DNA from: Acidobacteriota bacterium
Lineage (GTDB): Bacteria > Acidobacteriota > Vicinamibacteria > Vicinamibacterales > JAKQTR01
Direction: 5' to 3'
Assembly: GCA_037133015.1 (NCBI GenBank)
Contig: JBAXOX010000001.1
Coordinates: 129,270 to 193,269 of the forward strand
DNA length: 64,000 nucleotides
Position 1 is the stretch's first letter. Every line of letters starts with the position of its first letter. Positions 19,073 through 28,361 of the stretch are shown piece by piece. Both the position numbers and the translations under genes were made by a program. The notes beneath the pieces were generated by a model that ran no database searches, was not told the DNA's origin, and saw nothing but the letters and a program-made list of their open reading frames with translations.

Positions 19073-19839
19073 AGCCCGGGCTGGCGTCCGGGCTGTGCCG
19101 CCAGATCCTCGTAGCAAGCGAGCCCGTCCTCGACGGCCCCGTCGAACAGGATCCGCCCGCGATCGAGCACCAGGACGCGGTCGCAGATCTCGCGCACCGA
19201 CTTGGGCTCGTGCGAGACGAAGAGGATGGTCTTGCCGCGCCGCTTGAAGTCGGCGATCGTCTGCACGCACTGCTGCTGGAAATCGGCGTCACCCACCGCG
19301 AAAATCTCGTCGAGCAGCAGGATGTCCGGATCCAGGTTGGCAGAAATCGCAAAACCAATCCGCATGTGCATGCCCGACGAGTAGTTCTTGATGGGCACGT
19401 CCATAAAGTGTTCGAGCCCCGAGTACTTGACGATCGCCGGATAGATCGACGCAGTTTCGGCGCGCGACAGCCCGTGAATCGAGGCGCTCAGAAACACATT
19501 CTCGCGGCCGCTCAGTTCGTTCTCGAACCCGACCCCCAGCTCGATCATCGTGCCGATGCGTGCGTCGCGGGGCACGAACAGATGACCCGAGGTGGGGCGG
19601 TAGATGCCGGCGACCAGCTTCAGGAACGTGCTCTTGCCGGATCCGTTCCGGCCGACCAACCCCACCGTTTCGCCCCGGGCGATCGAGACCGACAGTTCGC
19701 GCACGGCCCAGAACTCCTCGATCGACTCGCGCTTGTTCTCGTGGAACAACGCCAGAAAGCGCACCTTGAGCTCGGCCGCCTCGTTGTGGCGCAGCAGGAA
19801 TCGTTTCGACAGGTCTTGAGCGACGATGCCGCCGTCCAT
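19069..19839 (-). CDS. ABC transporter ATP-binding protein, polysaccharide/teichoic-acid exporter type (Wzt/TagH-like, no C-terminal glycan-binding domain)
   Basis: Walker A 'GRNGSGKST', signature 'YSSGMHMRIGFA', Walker B 'ILLLDE', H-loop 'FVSHE'. The start overlaps the permease stop (TGATG). Confidence 0.9.
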   Translation of the reverse strand: MDGGIVAQDLSKRFLLRHNEAAELKVRFLALFHENKRESIEEFWAVRELSVSIARGETVGLVGRNGSGKSTFLKLVAGIYRPTSGHLFVPRDARIGTMIELGVGFENELSGRENVFLSASIHGLSRAETASIYPAIVKYSGLEHFMDVPIKNYSSGMHMRIGFAISANLDPDILLLDEIFAVGDADFQQQCVQTIADFKRRGKTILFVSHEPKSVREICDRVLVLDRGRILFDGAVEDGLACYEDLAAQPGRQPGL

Positions 19840-20657
19840 CAGAGTTGCTCCGAGAGCCGGTCTTGCATGGCCAAAAAGAACCGCATGCCGACCAGCATCG
19901 CGCCGAACCCGTAGGCCATCCCGACCAGCCAGACCTCTGCCGAGGGCCACTGGCGATAGTAGAAGATGTCCTGGTAGGCGACGATGAACGACGAGAGCGG
20001 GCTCAACAGGATGAACGGCCGCCACTGGCCAGGCACCTGCGCCAGCGGATACACGATCGGGGTCACCCAGAACAGGATGGGCAACGCCACTTCCAGCAGG
20101 TGCCGGACGTCGCGGAAAAACACCGTGCCTGCCGCCAGCACCATCGACACGCCGACCGTGAAGAGCACCTGGAGGCCGAGAAACACGGGATAGAGCAGCA
20201 TCGGCGCGCAGAGCGGTACGCCCTGCACCACCAGCATCAGCGGCAGAAACACCACGATCGTCAGGACGAACTGCGCGAGATTGAAGAGGACCGTCGCGAT
20301 GGGGAGCACCGCCGGCGGAAAGCGGACGCTCTTCATCAGGTTGTCGTTATCGGTAATCGACCGGGTCGCCATGTTGGCTGAGCCGACGAAGAAGCCCCAT
20401 GGGAGGATGCCGAGCAGCAGAAAAAAGACGAAGCCTTCGACTTTCGACCCGAGGATGTACTTGAAGGCGACCGTGTAGACGCCGATCATCACCAGGGGAT
20501 TGAGCAGCGACCAGAGAAACCCGAGCACCGAGCCGCGGTACTTGAGCTTCAAGTCCTTGAGGACGAGGTTGGTCAGCAGCTCCCGGTGGCGGGCGAGCCC
20601 GGTAATCGTGCTCCAGATTGTCGCGCGCTCGGCAGCGCGGTCCACCATGTCGGTCAT
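19839..20657 (-). CDS. ABC-2 type transport permease (Wzm/TagG-like)
   Basis: 'LKLKYRGSVLGFLWSLLNPL' N-terminal signature and 6 hydrophobic segments. Lies directly upstream of the ATPase. Confidence 0.9.
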   Translation of the reverse strand: MTDMVDRAAERATIWSTITGLARHRELLTNLVLKDLKLKYRGSVLGFLWSLLNPLVMIGVYTVAFKYILGSKVEGFVFFLLLGILPWGFFVGSANMATRSITDNDNLMKSVRFPPAVLPIATVLFNLAQFVLTIVVFLPLMLVVQGVPLCAPMLLYPVFLGLQVLFTVGVSMVLAAGTVFFRDVRHLLEVALPILFWVTPIVYPLAQVPGQWRPFILLSPLSSFIVAYQDIFYYRQWPSAEVWLVGMAYGFGAMLVGMRFFLAMQDRLSEQL

Positions 20658-20855
20658 GTCGAGTCCGACTGCCCTTCGACTCAGTTGGGTTGGGGAAAAC
20701 CCCGACCCCGCCCAATCGTCTGCCGCAATCGCCCAGGGGACCGCGGCCTGCCCAACACAGGTGAGCGCGGGGTTAGACTATCATGGGCTCGTTGCGGCGA
20801 GCATCATCGAGTCCGGCCCCGGGCCGGGAGGCTGTGCCGGCAGGAAGGTCGCGAC

Positions 20856-22796
20856 GTGTCCCTGGCGTGGTTGGTGGTGGCATTGGCGCTTTGCGCGGTG
20901 ACGCTTCTGCGTCCGCGGGTTGCGCTGCTCGCCCTGCTGGCCGCCTTTCCGTTCTTCCTCCACAAGTCCGCCAGCCCATGGGAACTGCGGCTGCTCCTGC
21001 TGGTCACCGCCTTCGAGGTGGCCTACCTGGCGCGCGTGCCTCGGCGGTGGTTTGCGTTTGTCGCCACCCTGAGGCGCGATCCCCTGATGTTCCTGGTGGC
21101 GCTCTACGTGGCGGCATCGGCCCTCAGCTTGTCGTCCCTGCCGCTGTACACGCTGGTGGCCCCGCACCTCCGGGTCTTCGCGATCGTGCCGTTCGATCAC
21201 TGGCCCTACGAGCTGACGCAGTTGCTGACGCTGGACGAACGCGCCGGCGAGTATTCGATCCTCTCCGTCCTGTTGACGGCCCAGGCGTTCGTCTTCGCGT
21301 TGATCGTGCGGCGGGAACTGCTTCGCGCGCCGCGGCTGTTCGTGCACGCTGCGTGGGCTCTGACCGCGGGCGTCGCTGTTGCCACGGTGGCGGGCCTCGT
21401 CGAGTTCTACGGTCTGACGTCGCTGGTCTGGCTGCGCGGACCTGGCGCGGCGAATTTTCTCCAGGACGTCCCCATGCGGCTCCAGTCGGTTACGGGCAAT
21501 CCCGGCTGGTACGCCGAGTACGTGGTGCTGACGCTGCCGTTTGCGGCATCCCTTCTCCTGCCGGGCAGAGCCTGGAGATGGCGGGCTGGCGTGCTCGCGT
21601 TCCATCTCGTCCTGGTCCAGGCTGCCATGTTCCTGTCGTTTCAGCGGGGCGGCTGGATCGCGTCGTGGGTGGTGCTGGCGTGCCTGTGGGTGGCCCTGGC
21701 ATGGCAGCCCTCCCGCGCCGCCGGTGGCCGTGTCCGCGCCCTGGTCGCCAGGTTCGTCCCCGCGGCGATGCCGGTGGCGCTCTGTCTTCTGGTCCTGGCC
21801 GGTCTGCTCTACGGATCGATGCGGCTGGGGCTGCACCCGGCGGGCACGGCCGCGGTCGGCATGTACACCGACCGGGTCGAAGGGATCGCGCGCTCGTCGG
21901 ATCGGGTGCCCTACATGCGGGCGGGATTTGGCATCGGCATCCTGCATCCCATTCTCGGCGCCGGCAGCGAGTCGTTCGCGCTGCGGTACATCGAGTACTA
22001 CCTCACGTCGAACGGCCCGTACGCCGTCGACCCGGTTCACGTGGTCACCCCGACCAGTGCCCACAATGTCTACGTGCAGACGTTTGCGGGCAAGGGGGCT
22101 GTGGGCCTCGTGCTGCTGCTCGCTGTGTGCGGGACGGGGCTGTGGTTGATTGCGCGGCGCAGCGCGGCGTCCGCCTCGGCCGGCCGGGAAACGGTCGTCG
22201 GCCTGGTGATGGCCGGGATCGCGCTGGTCGGGTTTCTCGTCTACGGCGTCGTGCAGGAAGTGTTCTACGTCCACGTGCTGCAGCTATTGGTGTTTTTCCT
22301 GCTGGGATCGATTGCGGCCATCACCGATGGCACGCTCCAGTGGCCGCCCGCGCTGCAGCGTCGGCTCGTCGCCGTCCTGGCGCTCTGCTTCGTGCTGCAC
22401 CTCGGCTATGAGCACGTCTACCCGGGGCCGTCGCGCTTGATCCGGGCGTTCGAGCCACAGGGGATCTTCGCGGGCGACGAGGGTCCGGCTGGCGATCAGT
22501 TCCGCTGGAGCGCCGACCGGGTCGTGTTTCCGATTCCGCCAGGCTCGTCGTCTTTCGATCTCAGTGTGCGGTCTGCCGCGCCAGCCGGCCAGACGGTCAC
22601 CGTCATCGTGTGCGGCGTCGAGGGCGGCGCCTACGCGGTTGACGATCGCGAATGGCATCGGCTGCGGTTTCTCCTGCCGCGGTCGGATCTGCAACAGCAA
22701 AAACCCACCGTGGAAATCGACGTCGCCCCGCCGATGCCGCCAGGCGCCGACGGGCGGGCGCGAGGCGTGATGGTGCGGCAGTGGGACTTCCGGTAG
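20856..22796 (+). CDS. O-antigen ligase-like (Wzy_C domain) membrane protein with a ~170-aa C-terminal soluble domain (646 aa)
   Basis: GTG at 20856 preceded by GGAAGG. At least 10 TM segments. 'SAHNVYVQTFAGKGAVGL' matches the conserved His-containing periplasmic loop of WaaL/PglL/Wzy_C proteins. The start is uncertain. Confidence 0.65.
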   Translation: MSLAWLVVALALCAVTLLRPRVALLALLAAFPFFLHKSASPWELRLLLLVTAFEVAYLARVPRRWFAFVATLRRDPLMFLVALYVAASALSLSSLPLYTLVAPHLRVFAIVPFDHWPYELTQLLTLDERAGEYSILSVLLTAQAFVFALIVRRELLRAPRLFVHAAWALTAGVAVATVAGLVEFYGLTSLVWLRGPGAANFLQDVPMRLQSVTGNPGWYAEYVVLTLPFAASLLLPGRAWRWRAGVLAFHLVLVQAAMFLSFQRGGWIASWVVLACLWVALAWQPSRAAGGRVRALVARFVPAAMPVALCLLVLAGLLYGSMRLGLHPAGTAAVGMYTDRVEGIARSSDRVPYMRAGFGIGILHPILGAGSESFALRYIEYYLTSNGPYAVDPVHVVTPTSAHNVYVQTFAGKGAVGLVLLLAVCGTGLWLIARRSAASASAGRETVVGLVMAGIALVGFLVYGVVQEVFYVHVLQLLVFFLLGSIAAITDGTLQWPPALQRRLVAVLALCFVLHLGYEHVYPGPSRLIRAFEPQGIFAGDEGPAGDQFRWSADRVVFPIPPGSSSFDLSVRSAAPAGQTVTVIVCGVEGGAYAVDDREWHRLRFLLPRSDLQQQKPTVEIDVAPPMPPGADGRARGVMVRQWDFR

Positions 22797-22800
22797 CCGG

Positions 22801-24165
22801 CTATCCCTGCGTGTGCGCCTCGCAGGCCGACGCGACGCCGAGCAGGGCCTCGGTCTGGTGACGACGGCCCACCAACTGCAGACCGCAGGGCAACCCGGAG
22901 ACGGCCGGTCCGATCGGCATCGAGATGGCGGGATGGCCGGTGAGGTTGAATAACTGCGTCAGCTTCAGCATGAGGGTGCGAACCGGTTCCATCCGGCCCG
23001 CGATGGCGACCGATCCCGCGCCGATGCGCGGCGCCAGAATCGGCAGCGTGGGCAGCGCGAGCGCGTCGCACCCGGCAAGCGCCGTGTCCACTTCGGCCCT
23101 CAGCACGTCGCGGCCTCGCCGGGCGCGCACGTAGTCTTCGGCCAGCAGGTACCGCCCCATTTCGATGCGGAGCCGGACGGTCGGCGTGTAGAGCTCCGGG
23201 TGCCGCTCGATCGTGTTCGCGTGGTACGCCGACGCTTCGGGCAACGAGGTGAGCGAATACACCGCGCCGATGGCGTGCGCGTGCGGGATCGCGACGTCAA
23301 CGGTGTCGGCTCCGGCTTGTCGCAACCAGGCGAGGACCTCGGCAAACCGTTGCCGCACCTGGTCGTCGACCGTGTCGAGAAAATACGAGCGGGGGATGCC
23401 GAACCGCATCCCGCGCACATCGGTTCGCGTCGGCAGCGGCCACTGCGCCGCGGCGCGTTCGCCGCGCATCACCAGATAGAGCAGCCACGCGTCGGTCACG
23501 CTCCTGGCCAGCGGCCCGACGTGATCGAGCGACTCGCTGAGCGGCACGACACCGTCGCACGGCACTTCGCCCCACGTCGGCTTCAGCCCGACCGTGCCGC
23601 ACGCGGCCGCCGGAATCCGAATCGATCCGCCGGTGTCGGTCCCAATCGAGGCGACCGACATGCCGGTGACAATCGACACCGCCGATCCGCCGCTCGATCC
23701 GCCCGGCGACCGCTGCGGATCGTGTGGATTGCGCACCGCGCCGTACGCCGAGTCCTCGCTGGTGGTCCCGAACGCAAACTCGTGCAGGTTGGTCTTGCCC
23801 AGCAGCACCGCGCCAGCCGCGCGCAGCCTGGCCGTCACCGGCGCGTCGGCCGACGCCACGTGGCCCTGCCGAACCCGTGACGCCGCGGTGGTGGGGACAC
23901 CGCGCACGTCGATCAGGTCTTTGATCGAGATGGGGATGCCGTGCAGCGGGCCGCGGAGATGTCCGGCGGCTGTTTCGGCATCCAGCGCGCGGGCCTGTTC
24001 GAGCGCCTCGTTGCCGGTGACGGTGATGAATGCCGCGAGCGGCTCGCTCTTGCCGGCAATTTCCGCCAGGCAGGCGGTGGTCAGCGATTCGGATGTGATC
24101 GCGCGGCTGGCCAGCATCGGCGCCAGCTCGGCGATTGATCGGAAGTGCAGCGCCTTCGCCGTCAT
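22801..24165 (-). CDS. amidase-signature family amidase (GatA/AtzE-like, 454 aa)
   Basis: Ser-cisSer-Lys elements 'GIPISIKDLIDV', 'GGSSGGSA', 'GTDTGGSIRIPAAACG'. The ATG overlaps the stop of the upstream small ORF (ATGA). Confidence 0.9.
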   Translation of the reverse strand: MTAKALHFRSIAELAPMLASRAITSESLTTACLAEIAGKSEPLAAFITVTGNEALEQARALDAETAAGHLRGPLHGIPISIKDLIDVRGVPTTAASRVRQGHVASADAPVTARLRAAGAVLLGKTNLHEFAFGTTSEDSAYGAVRNPHDPQRSPGGSSGGSAVSIVTGMSVASIGTDTGGSIRIPAAACGTVGLKPTWGEVPCDGVVPLSESLDHVGPLARSVTDAWLLYLVMRGERAAAQWPLPTRTDVRGMRFGIPRSYFLDTVDDQVRQRFAEVLAWLRQAGADTVDVAIPHAHAIGAVYSLTSLPEASAYHANTIERHPELYTPTVRLRIEMGRYLLAEDYVRARRGRDVLRAEVDTALAGCDALALPTLPILAPRIGAGSVAIAGRMEPVRTLMLKLTQLFNLTGHPAISMPIGPAVSGLPCGLQLVGRRHQTEALLGVASACEAHTQG

Positions 24166-24377
24166 CGCGCGCTCCCGTGCGGCGGCGGCGCCGAGGGAAC
24201 CGGCGTGTCCGGGCCGGCAGCCGGCCGGCCGGCCCCCGCCAGATCGTTCCAGTCGGCGTCCCGCAGCACGCGGGTGGCCTGAGCCAGTCCGGTCAGCAGC
24301 GGCTTGAGGTCCGGGAGTTCGCGCCGATCTGCATCGGCACACGCGCATGCAAGCCAATCGTCAAGAGTCATGGTCAT
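24162..24377 (-). CDS. small protein (71 aa), possible GatC/AtzG-like (DUF4089-type) amidase partner
   Basis: ATGA overlaps at both ends (with the methyltransferase stop and the amidase start). Coding-like GC3. Helical N-terminal half 'LDDWLACACADADRRELPDLKPLLTGLAQATRVLRDADW' followed by a Pro/Ala-rich tail. The family call is from memory only. Confidence 0.4.
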   Translation of the reverse strand: MTMTLDDWLACACADADRRELPDLKPLLTGLAQATRVLRDADWNDLAGAGRPAAGPDTPVPSAPPPHGSAR

Positions 24378-25072
24378 ACCTGTGGTGTGGCGGCCGCGGT
24401 GCACTTGACCGACAGTGCCACGCCGTCGCCGATGGGAAGGATGGTCGTCAGCAATCGGGGATGGACCGTCGGTCGATGCGGGTCGCCCGCGTCGACCCAG
24501 GCCGCTGCCGCCGTGCGCGATGTCTTTCCGCACGTGCTGTCGGAGTCTGGCGCGTCGGCGCGCGGGCGTGCGCTCACCAGCACGCCCCCGTCGCGCAGCA
24601 GCGCCACGAGGCGATTGAGAACGCCCTGGTTGTCGGGAAGGTTGGCGTCGTCGACGATGATGTCGAAGGGGCCGGCCACCTTGTGGACCAACCGCGCGGC
24701 GTCGCCGACCATCACATAGGCGCGGTCGGTGAGCCCAGCCAGCGCGAAGTGCTCGCGTGCGAGCGCGGCTCGGTCGGGATCCAGTTCGAAGGTGAACAAT
24801 CTGCCGCCGTCCGCGATCGCGCGCGCCAGAAGGATCCCCGAGTATCCGCATCCGGATCCGATTTCGAGAATCCGACCGGCGGCCATCGCGCGCACCAGGA
24901 TCACGATCAGGCCCGCCGTCGCGTCGTCGACCACCGCCACTCCGGCGGCCACCGACCTGCGTCGCACCTCGGCGAGCACGTCGTCGTGCGCCGCGTCGAG
25001 TCCTTCCGCCGGGGCGTCCAGTGCCAGCGTCTTGTGCGAGAGCACCTCGTCGACGACCTTGCGCGGCCCCAT
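24374..25072 (-). CDS. class I SAM-dependent O-methyltransferase (caffeoyl-CoA OMT-like, 232 aa)
   Basis: SAM motif I 'ILEIGSGCGYS' and 'IIVDDANL'. Length and order match the Methyltransf_3/24 type. Confidence 0.85.
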   Translation of the reverse strand: MGPRKVVDEVLSHKTLALDAPAEGLDAAHDDVLAEVRRRSVAAGVAVVDDATAGLIVILVRAMAAGRILEIGSGCGYSGILLARAIADGGRLFTFELDPDRAALAREHFALAGLTDRAYVMVGDAARLVHKVAGPFDIIVDDANLPDNQGVLNRLVALLRDGGVLVSARPRADAPDSDSTCGKTSRTAAAAWVDAGDPHRPTVHPRLLTTILPIGDGVALSVKCTAAATPQV

Positions 25073-25089
25073 ACGTCCGACCCCCTTGG

Positions 25090-26529
25090 CTATCGCTTTC
25101 CAGGTTTCGCCTGCTCACCGATCCACGTGGTGATCAGATCGAGGAATCCCGGCACGAATTCCTTCTTGAGTGTGGCATATTCGCCGACGCCGCCGGACTC
25201 CGAGTCCTGGTAAAGATGATTGGCGCGCGGGAACACGTCGATCCGGTAGTTCTTGAAGCCGCCGCGCGCGAACGCCTGCTCCATGGCCGCGCGGTTGGCG
25301 GCCACCGGCACCTGCACGTCGTGGCCGCCAAACAGGGCCAGCACCGGGCAGCGCACTTTGTCGAGCACGCTGGCCGGATCGAAATCCAGAAAGAACTTGA
25401 ACCACGGCGTCCGCACCGCGTCGATCTGGCCCTTGACCTGCGCGTCGACCAGCGTGTCGGTGTCGCCCAGCGCCTGTCGCCGCGCGTCAGGCAGCGCGTC
25501 AATCCCGGCCTTGACCTCGCGACGAATCATCGCCGCGCCTTCGTCCCAGCCTGTGCCGCTCCGGACCGCTGCGAACAGTGCGCGCTGGATCTCCTGATTG
25601 CGTTTCACCTGTTCATCGGTTCGGCCAGCCGCGCGCCCCACCAACTCGGATTGCGCAAGCATGATCTGTTCGCCCGGCAGCCCGGGTCCGGACATCAGGA
25701 TGATGAACGCGATGTCGGTGGATCGCGCCGCCAGCATCGGCGCGACGATGCCGCCCTCGCTGTGTCCCAGCAGGCCGATATGCGTCGGATCGATCTCCGC
25801 GCGCTTCTGCAGGTACTTCACGCCTGCCAGCGTGTCGTCGGCAAAATCCGCCGTCGTCGACTGCGGCACGCTGCCGGTCGAACCGCCCACGCCGCGATCA
25901 TCGCAACGCAGCACGGCGATGCCGTGCCGCGTCAGGTGATCGGCGATCACGCGAAAGATCTTGAAGCCGAACACCTCTTCGTCCCGGTTCTGTGCGCCAC
26001 TGCCCGTGATCAGGACGACCGCCGGGCTGGGCCCTTTGGTGTCGGGAAGCGTCAGCGTGCCGGCCAGCGTGATGGTGCCCGACTTGAACGACACCTCTTC
26101 GACCTTGTAGGGCGGAGGCGGTTCCGGTGCGGCGGCGGCCGCCGGCGTCGCGCCGGGGACTGGGCGCGTCAGCTCAAAGGTCCCCGCGATTCCCGCTTGT
26201 TCGAAGGTTCCCGAAATCGCGCCGTCTTTCAACGCGCCGTTGAACACCGCCAGACCGGGGCCAGCCGGGAGTTCGAAGTGAAGCGTGGTCGCCTCCACCC
26301 GGAGGTTGGTCAACGGCAGCGCCTTCGCATTCTGCTGCGGAATGTCGATCGTGCCCTTCACCCCGGTCGCGTCTTGCGTGAGACTGACCAGGATCGTCAG
26401 CTTCCCTCCAAGCACAGCGATGTGGCCTTCCCAGCGGCCGGCGATGCCTGGCTGGGCGGCGGCCACGCGGGCGGGGCCAACGGCAGCCAGACACAGGATG
26501 AGTGCGACGAGACAGATCGGACGGCGCAT
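25090..26529 (-). CDS. secreted alpha/beta hydrolase (479 aa)
   Basis: ATG at 26529 preceded by GAGGGAGG. Signal peptide 'MRRPICLVALILCLAAVGPARVAAAQ'. Nucleophile elbow 'GLLGHSEGG'. The stop lies 17 nt upstream of the methyltransferase start. Confidence 0.8.
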   Translation of the reverse strand: MRRPICLVALILCLAAVGPARVAAAQPGIAGRWEGHIAVLGGKLTILVSLTQDATGVKGTIDIPQQNAKALPLTNLRVEATTLHFELPAGPGLAVFNGALKDGAISGTFEQAGIAGTFELTRPVPGATPAAAAAPEPPPPYKVEEVSFKSGTITLAGTLTLPDTKGPSPAVVLITGSGAQNRDEEVFGFKIFRVIADHLTRHGIAVLRCDDRGVGGSTGSVPQSTTADFADDTLAGVKYLQKRAEIDPTHIGLLGHSEGGIVAPMLAARSTDIAFIILMSGPGLPGEQIMLAQSELVGRAAGRTDEQVKRNQEIQRALFAAVRSGTGWDEGAAMIRREVKAGIDALPDARRQALGDTDTLVDAQVKGQIDAVRTPWFKFFLDFDPASVLDKVRCPVLALFGGHDVQVPVAANRAAMEQAFARGGFKNYRIDVFPRANHLYQDSESGGVGEYATLKKEFVPGFLDLITTWIGEQAKPGKR

Positions 26530-26759
26530 GATGGCCTCCCTCTGCATAGCGGGAACGCGGTGACGCGTGGCCCGGCGCGACCGGCGCGCCGGCGAACGCC
26601 CGAAGGGCGACGGCGGCCTCGGCCCACATTTTCTCGCGAACCGCTCCCAATTGCTACCGGTGACAGGTGGATCCGATGTGCGACCTGATCGCCGGGGTCG
26701 GGCGGCGCGTCCGGCCCGGTGTGCGCTTGCGCGGCAGACGACCGAGGTGAGGGCGGTGT

Positions 26760-28361
26760 ATGCTGTCGGGACCGGGAGTGCCGCCGCGCTCCGCCGCAGG
26801 CCTCATGAACCAATCCGATCCGAGACCCGAAGCCGTCGCCGTCATCGATATTGGCGCCAGCGCCGTCAAGTTGGTGATTGCCGAAATCCGCCCCGGCGAG
26901 CGCCCGTTCTTGATTGAGGAAGCGTCGCGCGGCGTGCTGCTCGGCAAGGACACCTTCTCGACCGGGCGGATTGGCCCCCAGTCGATGGACGCGGCCCTCA
27001 AGGCGTTGGAGGGATTCCGCCGGCTGATGGATGGGTACGGCGTCGCGCGGTACCGTGCCGTGGCCACCAGCGCGGTCCGGGAAGCCGCCAATTCCGACAC
27101 GTTCCTCGACCGCGTGCAGCTGCGCACGGGGCTGGTGGTGGAGATCATCGACGGGTCGGAAGAGAGCCGGCTGACGTATCTGGCGGTTCGCGACCGCCTC
27201 AAGGGGCACCCGGCGTTGGATGCCCCGCACACGCTGCTGGTTGAGGTCGGCGGCGGGTCGGCCGATCTCACGCTGCTGCAGAATGCGCGTCCCAAGTACT
27301 CGGGCGTCTACGCGCTCGGATCGGTGCGCATGCGCCAGGGCCTGGCCGGCATGCAGCGTTCGCACGACCGCAGTGTCCGCGTGATGGGCCGCCACATCGC
27401 GAACATCGTCGGCGACATCTGCAACGAGATGCCGCTGCGTTCGGCCGGGCACGTGATCGCGCTCGGACAGGACGTGCGGTTCGTTGCTCAGGAACTGGTC
27501 GAGGCGCCGGAGGAACACGTTCGAGAAGTGCCGCGCGAGGCGTTTCTGGAGTTCTGTGCGCGCGTCGAAAAGCTGGACGAGGATGCGCTCGTGGATCGGT
27601 ACGGCCTGTCGCCGGTCGATGCCGAAACGCTCGTGCCCGCGTTGCTCGTGTACCGGGCGCTGCTGACCGAAACGGCCGCGGGCACCGTCGTCGTGCCGGA
27701 TGTCTCGTTGCGCGCGGGCCTGCTGACCGATTTGGTGGGGTCAGACGTCGAAGCAAACCTGACCGACTTCGGCACGCAGGTGCTCGCCAGCGCCGAGGCG
27801 CTGGGCGAGAAGTACCGGTACGACGCCGACCACGCCCGGGCGGTGGCGGTGCTGGCCACCCGGCTGTTTGATCAGTTCCAGGAGTCGCACGGCCTGTCGC
27901 GGCGCGACCGCCTGCTGCTCGAGGCGACGGCGCTGCTCCACGACATCGGTCTGTTCATCGGGTTGCGCGCCCATCACAAGCATTCGCAGTATCTGATTGC
28001 GGCCTCCGAAATTTTTGGCCTCACCTCGGACGACAAAGAGGTGATTGCCAGCGTGGCCAGGTATCACCGGGGGGCGCTCCCGCAGCGATCGCATCTGCCC
28101 TACATCGCCCTCGATCGGCAGGACCGCGTGCGGGTGAACAAACTGGCGGCGATGCTGCGCGTGGCCAACGCCCTGGACGCCGAGCACGCGCAGAAGATCC
28201 GGAGCTTCACGGCGCGGCGCGACGAGGATGCGTGGGTGCTCGACGTGGATGGGACCGGCGATCTGTCTCTCGAACGGATCGCGGCCGAGGCGAGGGCCGA
28301 TCTGTTTCTGGATGTGTTCGGCACGCGCCTGCTCGTGCGGGGCGCCGGAGTACAAACGTGA
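26760..28361 (+). CDS. ppx: exopolyphosphatase / Ppx-GppA family phosphatase with C-terminal HD domain
   Basis: 'AVIDIGASAVKLVIAE', 'AVATSAVREAAN', 'GSEESRLTYLAV', and HD region 'LLHDIGLFIGLRAHHKHS'. Confidence 0.9.
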   Translation: MLSGPGVPPRSAAGLMNQSDPRPEAVAVIDIGASAVKLVIAEIRPGERPFLIEEASRGVLLGKDTFSTGRIGPQSMDAALKALEGFRRLMDGYGVARYRAVATSAVREAANSDTFLDRVQLRTGLVVEIIDGSEESRLTYLAVRDRLKGHPALDAPHTLLVEVGGGSADLTLLQNARPKYSGVYALGSVRMRQGLAGMQRSHDRSVRVMGRHIANIVGDICNEMPLRSAGHVIALGQDVRFVAQELVEAPEEHVREVPREAFLEFCARVEKLDEDALVDRYGLSPVDAETLVPALLVYRALLTETAAGTVVVPDVSLRAGLLTDLVGSDVEANLTDFGTQVLASAEALGEKYRYDADHARAVAVLATRLFDQFQESHGLSRRDRLLLEATALLHDIGLFIGLRAHHKHSQYLIAASEIFGLTSDDKEVIASVARYHRGALPQRSHLPYIALDRQDRVRVNKLAAMLRVANALDAEHAQKIRSFTARRDEDAWVLDVDGTGDLSLERIAAEARADLFLDVFGTRLLVRGAGVQT

